Counted from the first letter of the stretch, positions 1 to 8,899 are shown. The stretch is 64,000 bases of DNA from an uncultured Eisenbergiella sp. (GCA_947627215.1 CANQVD010000018.1:6250-70249), one strand, 5' to 3'. Made by a program: numbers and translations. The notes: generated by a model from the letters alone, not told the origin.

Positions 1-274
1 GCCGCTGCAGCTTACCTCCTCCTGTCCGCCATTTCCGTTTGACCGCAAAAAAATGGCACAGCTCATTGCCAATGCTGATATTCTACCATACCAACACTGA
101 CATTGAGCCGTGCCGGCGAAAATCGCCTTTTTTTTTGCCGGAATCGGCCGAACGAGAACCGGAAAAGACCGGGCGTAGGCCGACGGGACACGTTCTGCCT
201 GCACGGCGGGCGGCCGGATACCCGCCCTGACGGCATCTGCCCGGCAGTATCTTCCACGGCCGCGGCCTCCCCGC

Positions 275-1528
275 TCACAGCTCCCGGATATAGAGGATGA
301 CGTCCGCCTCCATCTCCCCTCCCTCGCAGGTCAGCTCCATGTCCCCGTGATATTTCTCCACGATCCGGCGCACGTTTTTGAGACCGATGCCATGCGCGGA
401 CGCGTCCGCCTTTGTCGTTTCCAGACGGCGTTTTTTCCCCTCCTCCACACCGCTGCAGCTATTGCGGATATGGATGGAAAGGATCCCCCTGTCCAGCCTG
501 ATCGCCGCCGCCAGCCTTTTTTCCTCTGTCTGTGCCGCCGCCTCCACCGCGTTGTCCAACAGATTGCCCAGCACCACGTTCAGATCGAAGGAACGCAGGC
601 GCAGGTCCCCGGGAATGCTCACCCTGGCCTCCACCGTCCGCAGCAGCTCCTTCGCCCTCTGCAGCTTATAATTCAGCAGACTGTCCACCGCATCGTTTCC
701 GGTATTGATATACTCCTCCGGATTTGCCATAAAATCCTGCATAGAGCTCAAATACGCCTCCGCTCCTTCCAGATCCTTCTTCTGCAGAAGAATCTGCAGC
801 GCCAGCATATGATTTTTCATATCGTGCCGCAGCGCCCGGATCCGGTTCCGGGACTCCACGATCACCTCCAGTTGATTCTGATAGGCGTCCGTCTGCTGCC
901 TGTACAGATCGTTTTCCCTGGCATTTCTGTAATTCTCCGCCAGCAAATGATAGAGGTAAAACACGCTCAGATTGATCAAAAGGACCGCGGCGCAGAGCAG
1001 CGGAGCCGCCGTCCCCTCCTTTCGTCCCAACATGAGCACGCACAGCATGAAAATGCTCACCGCAGGGATCAGCAGCAGGATCCCGGTCTGACGCCGGCCA
1101 AAATCGACGCCGTCGTCCGCCGGGTAAGAGATACGGCTTATCGCCGTCACGCAGATCAAAAGCAGGAGCGTGGAGACGCCGGAACCCACCGCCGCCGCAC
1201 TCTCCGCCACGAACAGGCTGACAGCCAGGGAGCAGGAAGCGTCCAGGACAAAGGCCATAAGGGATACCCAAAGCCGTTTTTTCCAGGTCCCCGCATAAAA
1301 AAAAGTGAGCGCCGCGATCCCCAGATAATTGCCTGCCTCATAGACCGCGGATCCGCCGCCTTCAAAGCAATACAGGGCCGCCGTCAGCAGATAATAGAAA
1401 AACAGCGCCGCCCGTCTCCCCCTGCCGGACGTATCCACAGACGGCAGGAACAGCTCCATCACCTTTCCGATCAGGAGCACGCGCAGGATATTCACGATCA
1501 GGTTGGAGAAGATAAAATAATTAAACAT
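275..1528 (-). CDS. Sensor histidine kinase, AgrC-like (GHKL/HATPase_c)
   Basis: Hydrophobic N-terminal half; H-box 'RALRHDMKNH', N-box 'LGNLLDNAVEA', G-box 'HGIGLKNV'; start overlaps stop of the LytTR regulator. Confidence 0.9.
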   Translation of the reverse strand: MFNYFIFSNLIVNILRVLLIGKVMELFLPSVDTSGRGRRAALFFYYLLTAALYCFEGGGSAVYEAGNYLGIAALTFFYAGTWKKRLWVSLMAFVLDASCSLAVSLFVAESAAAVGSGVSTLLLLICVTAISRISYPADDGVDFGRRQTGILLLIPAVSIFMLCVLMLGRKEGTAAPLLCAAVLLINLSVFYLYHLLAENYRNARENDLYRQQTDAYQNQLEVIVESRNRIRALRHDMKNHMLALQILLQKKDLEGAEAYLSSMQDFMANPEEYINTGNDAVDSLLNYKLQRAKELLRTVEARVSIPGDLRLRSFDLNVVLGNLLDNAVEAAAQTEEKRLAAAIRLDRGILSIHIRNSCSGVEEGKKRRLETTKADASAHGIGLKNVRRIVEKYHGDMELTCEGGEMEADVILYIREL

Positions 1529-2243
1529 AGAGCTCTGCCTTCCGGAGCTGCTGTATCCTGCTCCGCACCTCCTTCCGGTAGGGCTTGCTGATGCTTAAGA
1601 CCGTCCCGTCCGACATTTTTACGGAATCATAGGCGTATTCGCTGACATACTGCCGGTTGATCACATAAGACTGATGAATCGTCCAGAAATCGCCGGGAAG
1701 CTGTCGGCAGATTTCCTTCAGCCTGCCGTAAAATTCCGCCTCTCCGTCCCTGGATACCATCCGGATCTTTTTATCCATGCTCATCAGATACATGATGTCC
1801 CCGGCAGGGATCCGGCGCAGGGCGCCGCCGCTCTGATAGGCAAACCAGGCGCCCGGGCCGCGCTTCTGGCGCATACTCCTTAAAAGCACCTCCCGCAGCC
1901 GTTCCTCCGTCACCGGCTTGACCAGGAAATCTAAAGGCTGGATGCGAAAAAGCTGCATCGCGTAGCCCTCCTTGGAGGACACATACACGATATGCGTCCG
2001 GATGTCGTCCATATCCTCCCGGATGAACCGCCCCACCTGGATGCCGTTTTTCTGTACCAGCTCAATATCCAGAAAAAGCAGATCGAGGCTCTCGCCCCGG
2101 CTGATGTCACCAAGTAAACCCTCGCCGGAATACCACACCTCGACCTCCGCTTTTTCGGGAAGCGTTTCCGCCATCCGACAGATCTTTTCCTCCAGGTCCG
2201 CGCAGAAGACCTTGTCGTCATCGCAAATTCCTATCCTGTACAT
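1521..2243 (-). CDS. LytTR-family response regulator
   Basis: Receiver 'IGICDDD...LFLDIEL', 'KP' motif; C-terminal LytTR 'IHQSYVIN'. Confidence 0.92.
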   Translation of the reverse strand: MYRIGICDDDKVFCADLEEKICRMAETLPEKAEVEVWYSGEGLLGDISRGESLDLLFLDIELVQKNGIQVGRFIREDMDDIRTHIVYVSSKEGYAMQLFRIQPLDFLVKPVTEERLREVLLRSMRQKRGPGAWFAYQSGGALRRIPAGDIMYLMSMDKKIRMVSRDGEAEFYGRLKEICRQLPGDFWTIHQSYVINRQYVSEYAYDSVKMSDGTVLSISKPYRKEVRSRIQQLRKAELYV

Positions 2244-2251
2244 GACCGCTC

Positions 2252-3439
2252 CTATTTCGCTCTCTCACCGAACCTCCGATGGAGGATGATCAGCGCGAGG
2301 ATCAGTATCAACGGAAATACGACAGCCGCAAGCAGTCCGGCCTTCAGATCGCCGCCGGCCATATCGGAAACGCTGCCGACCAGCGCGGGACTCACGGTCG
2401 CGCCGAGATCCCCGGCCAGCGCTAAGAAGGCGAACATCGCCGTGCCGCCCCTCGGACATTTCTGAGACGAAATGCTGATCGAGCCCGGCCACATGATCCC
2501 CACCGCGCTGCCGCAAAGGGCGCAGCCCGCCAGCCCGAGGATCGGCGAAGAGGCCAGCGATGCCGTCAGATAGCAGGCCACGCACAGCAGGCCGCACCAG
2601 GTCATCGTCCGAACCAGGTCCAGCCTCCCGCTCATCCTGCCGTAGAGAACCCGGGAGATCCCCATCAGCACCGCGAACAGACAGGGACCCGCCAGATCCC
2701 CGATGGTCTTGGAAACGCCCATCGCCGACTCCGTGAACGCCGACGCCCACTGCGCCATAGACGCCTCGGATGCGCCGGAGCATACCATGAGCAGTATCAG
2801 CAGCCAGAACAGCGGCAGTCTGAGCAGCTGACCGGGGCGCATGCCCTCCCCGTCTTCCACCAGCCGCTCGATCGGACAGGTGATGAAATTAAACGCGTTA
2901 TAGAACGGCACCGCCGCCCAGATCAGCGTGAGGATCTTCCAGTTTTCTATGCCGAATACCGTAAAAAAGAACGTGGAGCCCAGGATCACACCGACCGCGC
3001 CCCAACAGTAAAAGGAATGGAGCAGGCTCATCATGCCGTCCTTATTTTCAAAGGGACAGGCCTCGACGATCGGACTGACCAATACCTCCACAAGACCGCT
3101 GCCCACGGCGTAGAGCACGACCGCGATCAGGATCCCCGAAAACGGAACGGGAAGCAGCTCCGGCAGAACGGCCATCAGCGCCAGCCCCGCCGCCGACAGC
3201 ACCTGAGATGCCACTACGCAGATGCGGTATCCTATTTTATCGACAAATCTGGTGGCCGCGAAATCGATCAGCAGCTGCGTAAAATAGAACACAAACGGGA
3301 TCAGCGCGATCTTTTCCAGCCCGATCCGATAAGTATCCCTGAATGTCAGAAATAAAAGCGGCGTGAAGTTCGCGGCTATCGCCTGGGTGACAAATCCGAG
3401 ATAACAGGCCTTCAGTGTTTTCCTGTAATTCTTCTGCAT
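2252..3439 (-). CDS. MFS transporter (sugar permease-like)
   Basis: 395 aa, about 12 hydrophobic segments, MFS-like loop 'RFVDKIGYR'. Confidence 0.85.
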   Translation of the reverse strand: MQKNYRKTLKACYLGFVTQAIAANFTPLLFLTFRDTYRIGLEKIALIPFVFYFTQLLIDFAATRFVDKIGYRICVVASQVLSAAGLALMAVLPELLPVPFSGILIAVVLYAVGSGLVEVLVSPIVEACPFENKDGMMSLLHSFYCWGAVGVILGSTFFFTVFGIENWKILTLIWAAVPFYNAFNFITCPIERLVEDGEGMRPGQLLRLPLFWLLILLMVCSGASEASMAQWASAFTESAMGVSKTIGDLAGPCLFAVLMGISRVLYGRMSGRLDLVRTMTWCGLLCVACYLTASLASSPILGLAGCALCGSAVGIMWPGSISISSQKCPRGGTAMFAFLALAGDLGATVSPALVGSVSDMAGGDLKAGLLAAVVFPLILILALIILHRRFGERAK

Positions 3440-3675
3440 GTTTCTGAATGCTCCTTTTCATGGATATCATGTAGACCGCATTATATCATCATGGGTCTGC
3501 GGTGTAAAGGGACGAAAAATCGTCGATACCATAACAGACGGCGCTCTTCGGAAACCGCCGGTACGCTTCACGCATATCTTAACCTCTCATTGTATGCTAC
3601 AGCCATAAAATATTTTCGGCAACAAAAATTTGATAAATTTTTTTAAAAAACACTGGTTTTTCCCATGAAATCGTA

Positions 3676-3681
3676 TATAAT
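3676..3681 (+). promoter_or_regulatory. Sigma-A -10 box (TATAAT) ahead of the structured leader and PemK-like gene
   Basis: Perfect TATAAT in an AT-rich tract; no consensus -35 at 17 bp. Confidence 0.55.
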
Positions 3682-3686
3682 ATAAA

Positions 3687-3835
3687 CAGAGGTTCAAATC
3701 AAATGCCTCTGAAAATATTCTTTACTCATGGAAAGGTATTTTTGACCGACAAGGTCACACATGAAAGGATAGTTTGACCGACGAGGTCTCTCTGGGTAAC
3801 CAGAGCAGGGTATGGTTAGCGCCATACCCTTTTTT
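3687..3835 (+). ncRNA. Candidate RNA antitoxin / structured leader with two 32-nt-period repeats
   Basis: Hairpin CAGAGG/CCTCTG (3687-3711); repeats GAAAGG-N4-TTTGACCGAC(A/G)AGGTC at 3731-3756 and 3763-3788, each folding GACC/GGTC; CTCTGG-GTAA-CCAGAG GNRA hairpin (3790-3805); terminator. Confidence 0.6.
3807..3835 (+). terminator. Intrinsic terminator between the leader RNA and the PemK-like toxin
   Basis: AGGGTATGG-ttagcg-CCATACCCT followed by a T run. Confidence 0.85.
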
Positions 3836-3862
3836 CACTTAAATTAAAAGGAGATTTCCATA

Positions 3863-4525
3863 TTGAAGGAATACCTGAAAGCACAAATCAAGACAGATGC
3901 CGCCATTCTGAATAACGCATACAGCCTTGATGAAATAGAACGTTTTTCAAAGGCCGACTACCGTTGGGCAGATAACAAAGGTAAATCTTTCCAACATAGA
4001 ACTGTAAAAAAGGGCGATATCTATCAGTTCGAATTTGGGAAAAATTATATTCCTGAAATGTCATATGAACATAGAGGACTTGTAATCGGAGTGAAACAAA
4101 AGCTTCTTTACATCCTCCCAATCTTTTCCTATGATCCCAATAAACATCCAGATGTTTTCCATCCCGGCGACCATCCAGAATCCAAAAGCGACCTATTCCT
4201 ACTCAAAGGCAGTGAATTCTCATTTATCACGCATGATTCTGTATTAAAGCTGAATGATATCCGAACTGTCAGTATCAACAGAATCCTCTACCAGCACCAA
4301 GGCCGCATTGATCCGTCATCAGATACATATAAACAAATAGAAAGACTGGTGCTGCAAAAATATTTTCCTAACTTTTATCACGATTATAAGCAAGGGTGTC
4401 AGACAATAGACTCTCTAAATGAGCAACTTAAGGAAGCTGCAAAAAAGATAGAATTTTTAGAAATCGAAAACAATCAGCTCAAAGAAGAGTTGGAAAGACT
4501 CAAGAATAACATTAACAGTAAATGA
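3863..4525 (+). CDS. Solo PemK/MazF-fold endoribonuclease toxin with C-terminal coiled coil
   Basis: 'KKGDIYQFEFGKNYIPEMSYEHRGLVI' and 'DSVLKLNDIRTVSINRI' match PemK-like motifs; AAGGAG at 3848-3853, TTG start; AT-rich; no protein antitoxin ORF nearby. Confidence 0.75.
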   Translation: MKEYLKAQIKTDAAILNNAYSLDEIERFSKADYRWADNKGKSFQHRTVKKGDIYQFEFGKNYIPEMSYEHRGLVIGVKQKLLYILPIFSYDPNKHPDVFHPGDHPESKSDLFLLKGSEFSFITHDSVLKLNDIRTVSINRILYQHQGRIDPSSDTYKQIERLVLQKYFPNFYHDYKQGCQTIDSLNEQLKEAAKKIEFLEIENNQLKEELERLKNNINSK

Positions 4526-4643
4526 TGTTTTTCCACTAAAATGGCAGGAAGATCAAAACGCCAGAACAAAAATGTATACATTTTTATAAAAGCACGGTAC
4601 CGCCATTTTTTAGGAGGGTGGTACAGCCACCCCACCCCGTGCC

Positions 4644-5105
4644 TTAATCCCTGTGAATAAAATGCTCAATGCCATTGCCGATATCCGTGATCTTATCCCT
4701 GATAAAATATGGATAGATATTCAAATTCCTGATCTCCGTTAATGCTACCCATTCCAGACGGACATGACGGTTATCGTTCAGTGAGGTAAGATCGGCGTGA
4801 ACTATCTCATCTGATGTCTCAACCAGATAATAAAAAGCAATGCCGTGAGCGTCTTTATCTTTCCATTTGAAAAAGCTCTCGTCACACCAGATCATTTGTT
4901 TGCAGCGGATTTTTAAGCCTGTTTCCTCAGAAAATTCACGAACAAGGGTTTCTTCTGCCGTTTCACCGATCTTAACATGACCGCCGGGCAGAGCGTATTC
5001 GCCGTTATCACTCTGGACGAGTACCATATCCCTGTCGATCAGAATTCCGACAGCCCGGAACAAGCAAACGGTATTATCCGCTTCAAAATGCCAATCTCTG
5101 CTCAT
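4644..5105 (-). CDS. NUDIX hydrolase
   Basis: Nudix box 'GGHVKIGETAEETLVREFSEETG'; start moved to ATG 5105 behind GGAGG. Confidence 0.9.
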   Translation of the reverse strand: MSRDWHFEADNTVCLFRAVGILIDRDMVLVQSDNGEYALPGGHVKIGETAEETLVREFSEETGLKIRCKQMIWCDESFFKWKDKDAHGIAFYYLVETSDEIVHADLTSLNDNRHVRLEWVALTEIRNLNIYPYFIRDKITDIGNGIEHFIHRD

Positions 5106-5234
5106 AAAGGTATTCCTCCGCAGGGCTCGATCTGGACTCGGGAAAGTTCGCCATACCCATGTCAATCTGTCCCCGCCAAGATCCGCCAACTGCATTTTCG
5201 TGATGATCCCTTTCATGACCTTTCCGCCCGAAAT

Positions 5235-5876
5235 TTATATCCGCTTCGCCATCGAGGCCCCCATCTCATATACCTTTTTGCATTCCATCGGGAATACCGT
5301 CTCGTGCCTTTTTTGCTTTGCCCTGGCATCAAACATCGACCATTCCCAGTCCGTCCTGCTGTAATCCCTCAACTGAAGGGTATCTCCGCTGACGAAGATC
5401 TCCGCAGGCCCGACAAACCGGCTCAAAGTCTGCTGATAATTCCGAAGCAATCCCTGATACATATCGTCCGGCGCGTTGCTTGTCATGATCAGCAGCACCG
5501 GGATCAGATGTTCATTGCAGCAGGGATTCTCCATATTATAGGTGAGATTCTGGAAGATCAGCCGCTCATACAGAGCGCGGAACGACGCAGTCATCTCACT
5601 GAGGTAATTCGGCGAACCGATGATAAGACCATCCGCCGCACGGATTGCATCCAGAACCGGCGTCAGACCGTCCCTGCATACGCAGCAGCCCTTGCTCTTC
5701 TCATTTTTGCATCCGAAGCAGGAGATACAGCCCGTGTACCTTTCAAGCCGGAACAGATCAAACTTCTCCACCTCCGCGCCTGCGGATTCCGCTCCTCTGA
5801 CCGCTTCTGCGATCAATGTATCCGTATTCCAGCCTTTTCTGGGACCGGCATTTACTGCTATGATTTTCTTACTCAT
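5235..5876 (-). CDS. Flavodoxin family / NADPH-dependent FMN reductase with Cys cluster
   Basis: 'AGPRKGWNT', 'CISCFGCK...C', 'GSPNY'; start at MSKKII. Confidence 0.85.
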   Translation of the reverse strand: MSKKIIAVNAGPRKGWNTDTLIAEAVRGAESAGAEVEKFDLFRLERYTGCISCFGCKNEKSKGCCVCRDGLTPVLDAIRAADGLIIGSPNYLSEMTASFRALYERLIFQNLTYNMENPCCNEHLIPVLLIMTSNAPDDMYQGLLRNYQQTLSRFVGPAEIFVSGDTLQLRDYSRTDWEWSMFDARAKQKRHETVFPMECKKVYEMGASMAKRI

Positions 5877-6439
5877 ACATTTCCTCCTGCGCATTTCGTC
5901 TGACGTGTTTTTTTCAAAAGCTCCCTCTTCACGTAGGCGAAGGTCTCCTTCTCGCCCTTCTCCGCCAGCATATACAGCAGCTTTTCCAGGATCGCCTTCG
6001 TGTCCGGGTGGATGATGGGCCGCTCCTTGCCGTAGAGATAATAGTTCAGCGGGTCCTGATCCGTGTAGGCGCTGCCCCGGTAGGTCTTGGAGGCGGCGAT
6101 GCGGTCCATGAACATCTCCGCCACATACCTGATCGGCATGGGCGCGGGGGCCATGCCGCCCTCAAAGGCCCTGGTGCTGTAATCGATCCAGTATTCATAG
6201 TGGTGCTTGTTGCGGCCCTTGTGATGCATCCAGGCTGTAGAATAGCCGATGTCCTCCCGCTCTGCCGCGTTGGGGCTGCGGTTCCCCTGATAATATTTCG
6301 CGCCGATCCGAAACTCCGTCCAGGAATATTTGGACAGATCATGACAGATGCCCTGCCAGTAGAGCCCTACCGCAAAGCATCCTTTCATCACCAGATATTT
6401 ATGATGTGTGATCGTTTTAAAATGCTGTAACGCTTTCAA
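5873..6439 (-). CDS. DUF5662-type HD-like protein
   Basis: 'HDLSKYS', 'HHKGRNKHHYEYW', 'MFMDRIAASK' His/Asp pattern. Confidence 0.7.
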   Translation of the reverse strand: MKALQHFKTITHHKYLVMKGCFAVGLYWQGICHDLSKYSWTEFRIGAKYYQGNRSPNAAEREDIGYSTAWMHHKGRNKHHYEYWIDYSTRAFEGGMAPAPMPIRYVAEMFMDRIAASKTYRGSAYTDQDPLNYYLYGKERPIIHPDTKAILEKLLYMLAEKGEKETFAYVKRELLKKTRQTKCAGGNV

Positions 6440-8328
6440 CCCTTTTCCCTTCCCATGCCGGAAATCCTTACGCTCTTTAAGATCCTGATGCTGCGTCCCT
6501 GTACCTGCACCGTCATTTCCGTTTCCGCAAGGGGCACATCCGGCTGCTCCGTCAACGCAGAATCCATCACAACGGCCCAGCCCAATCCGGCCGGCAGCTT
6601 CGGAAGCGCCAGCCGCTTTTCTTCCCAGTGCATATTATAGGCGATATAGAAAAAGTCATCGTCTGTCCGCCGGTCCGTCTTCGCGTACCGGCCGCAGTAC
6701 ATCACGCCGGCTTCCCGACTGGTCTTCCCACAGGAAAGCCGCCAGGCTTCTTCCCCGTGATAGGAAAGATCCGGATATCCGCTGGCGATGTAGTCCATCA
6801 TCATCAGCTCCTCCGGCCGATGCAGGATCGGATGGCTCTTCCGGAGCCGGATCGCCGCCTTCACGAACTGCAGGAACGCGCCGTTGCGCTTTGTCAGCCG
6901 CCAGTCCAGCCAGTTCACAGAGTTGTCCTGGCACCAGGGGTTGTTATTGCCGCCCCGGCTGAAGCCGAACTCGTCTCCGGCCGTCAGCATGGGCGTCCCC
7001 TGTGCAAAAAGCAAAAGCAAAACGGCATTTCGCATCTGCCGCTGCCGCAGTTCCAGGACGGTCTTTTTCCGGGTCTTCCCCTCCACGCCGCAATTCCAAC
7101 TGGCGTTGTAGGCAAGCCCATCCCGGTTCTCCTCGCCGTTCTCCTCGTTATGGCGGCGCTCATAGGAAACCATGTCCGCCAGGGAAAATCCCTCGTAGTT
7201 GGTCATATAGTTGACCACACCGACCTGTTTCGGATTGTTCTTCAGATGAAATAAGGCGCGGGAAAGCATGTCTTCGTCTCCTTTCAGGAAACGCCTCATG
7301 TCATACAGAAAATCATTCCGCCAGAGGGCCAGATTTTTATATTCCGGTGCCCTGCCAGAGCCCTCAAGCTCATTCATGGGAAAATCCTGGCAAAAAAGCT
7401 TCGTCCCCGCCAGCAAAGGGTCCGATGCCGTCAGGCCGGCCGGGACGCCCTCTCCGATCAGATGCGCACCATCGATATGATATTCGCACACCCAATACCG
7501 CAGCACATCCGCCACAAACCCGAGCGGCACATCCCCCGGGAAATAGAACTGCAGGATCACCTCAATGCCGTTTTCATGCAGCCGCTTCACCATGCCCTTA
7601 AAAGAAGCGGCGGGATCTTTGCCCCGCGCATAGGATGCCTTCGGCGTAAAATAATATCCTTTCTTGTATCCCCAAAAATTGATCTTCGGTTCCGCATTCT
7701 CTTCCGGCAGCTTATCCCGATAATGTGCCGCCGCTTCCGCCATGGAAACGCCCTGCGGCTTCGGTTCCTCCAACTCCGGGAATTCATAGGCGGGCATCAG
7801 CTCTACCGCCGTCACGCCCAACTCCTTCAGATAGGAAATCTTTTCCGCAATCCCTTCAAAGGTGCCCTTGGCCCGCACGCCGGAGGAAGCGTGTTTTGTG
7901 AACCCCCTGACATGCAGCAGGTACAGGACGGTGTCACACAGAGGCGTCTGCAGCGGTCTATCGCCTGCCCAATCAAAGGTTGAAACCGCCAGCGCCCCCC
8001 GCAGTTCCGGGCTCCTGCGCTCTCCCCATTTTTCATTGCCCAGGACCCGTTTCGCGTAAGGGTCGGTGATGACTTCGTCACCTTTATAAAAATTATAATC
8101 ATACTCCGCCGGTAAAAGGCCGGACAGCTTCATGCAGAAAACGCTGCCGGTCCGGTCCGATTTCTGAAAGGGAAAACGGAGTTCTCCCGTTTCCCCGTGC
8201 GGATACAAGATGACGCCGCAGTCCTCCTTCCCCGGCAAAACGGCAGCCAGATTCACTTCATGTTTGCCGGTCACCGTCGCGCCCAGCGGATACGGTCTGC
8301 CTTCCAGAACAGAAATTTGATGCCTCAT
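6436..8328 (-). CDS. GlgX/isoamylase-like GH13 protein with degenerate catalytic residues
   Basis: CBM48-like 'GRPYPLGAT', 'ELMPAYEF', 'NFWGY', 'QGTPMLTAGDEFG', 'NNNPWCQDN'; catalytic motifs altered; start re-called at MRHQIS. Confidence 0.8.
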   Translation of the reverse strand: MRHQISVLEGRPYPLGATVTGKHEVNLAAVLPGKEDCGVILYPHGETGELRFPFQKSDRTGSVFCMKLSGLLPAEYDYNFYKGDEVITDPYAKRVLGNEKWGERRSPELRGALAVSTFDWAGDRPLQTPLCDTVLYLLHVRGFTKHASSGVRAKGTFEGIAEKISYLKELGVTAVELMPAYEFPELEEPKPQGVSMAEAAAHYRDKLPEENAEPKINFWGYKKGYYFTPKASYARGKDPAASFKGMVKRLHENGIEVILQFYFPGDVPLGFVADVLRYWVCEYHIDGAHLIGEGVPAGLTASDPLLAGTKLFCQDFPMNELEGSGRAPEYKNLALWRNDFLYDMRRFLKGDEDMLSRALFHLKNNPKQVGVVNYMTNYEGFSLADMVSYERRHNEENGEENRDGLAYNASWNCGVEGKTRKKTVLELRQRQMRNAVLLLLFAQGTPMLTAGDEFGFSRGGNNNPWCQDNSVNWLDWRLTKRNGAFLQFVKAAIRLRKSHPILHRPEELMMMDYIASGYPDLSYHGEEAWRLSCGKTSREAGVMYCGRYAKTDRRTDDDFFYIAYNMHWEEKRLALPKLPAGLGWAVVMDSALTEQPDVPLAETEMTVQVQGRSIRILKSVRISGMGREKG

Positions 8329-8558
8329 CCCGATAGATACCTGCCTTTCCCGGTTGCCTCTCCCTGCGGTTCCAATATGGTACATTCCTGATATGCAGCG
8401 CTGTGAAAATCCCGCATCCCTTCCCGGGATCCGCGCGGATCCGGCGGAAACTGCGGAACATAATTGAAGTATAACATAAAAAATCCTTGCATGCCACCAT
8501 AAGTTCCTGTATAGTGAAAACATGCAAACGAAATATTCAAAAGGAAGGAATCTGCACC

Positions 8559-8888
8559 ATGAGTAAAAAATATGATGAAGAAGACGAGGAAATGACCGTC
8601 GATCTGGAACTGGACGACGGCACCAACGTGACCTGCGCCGTCATCACCATTCTGGAAGTGGAAGGAAAGGATTACATCGTGCTCATGCCCCTGGACGAAA
8701 ACGGGGAGAACGACGACGGCGAGGTCTGGTTCTACCGGTATTCCGAGAACCCGGACGATCCCGAGGAGGAACCCGAACTGGGCTATATCGACGACGATGA
8801 GGAGTACGAGAAAGTGGAGGACGCCTTCGACGAATATCTGGACAACGCCGAATTCGACGAGCTGATCGGCGAGGATGGCGACGACTGA
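8559..8888 (+). CDS. DUF1292-domain acidic protein
   Basis: Highly acidic 109 aa, 'GKDYIVLMP'; RBS AAGGAAGG. Confidence 0.8.
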   Translation: MSKKYDEEDEEMTVDLELDDGTNVTCAVITILEVEGKDYIVLMPLDENGENDDGEVWFYRYSENPDDPEEEPELGYIDDDEEYEKVEDAFDEYLDNAEFDELIGEDGDD

Positions 8889-8899
8889 AAAAGCATTTC

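Noticed and set aside
3727-3788. Two repeats read as a mini-CRISPR array
   Set aside because: Only two units with almost no unique spacer, and no cas genes. They fit an antitoxin-type RNA better.
3540-5235. att sites or target-site duplication around the AT-rich insert
   Set aside because: Only short matches (GGTAC, ACCGCC) were found, and these are not significant.
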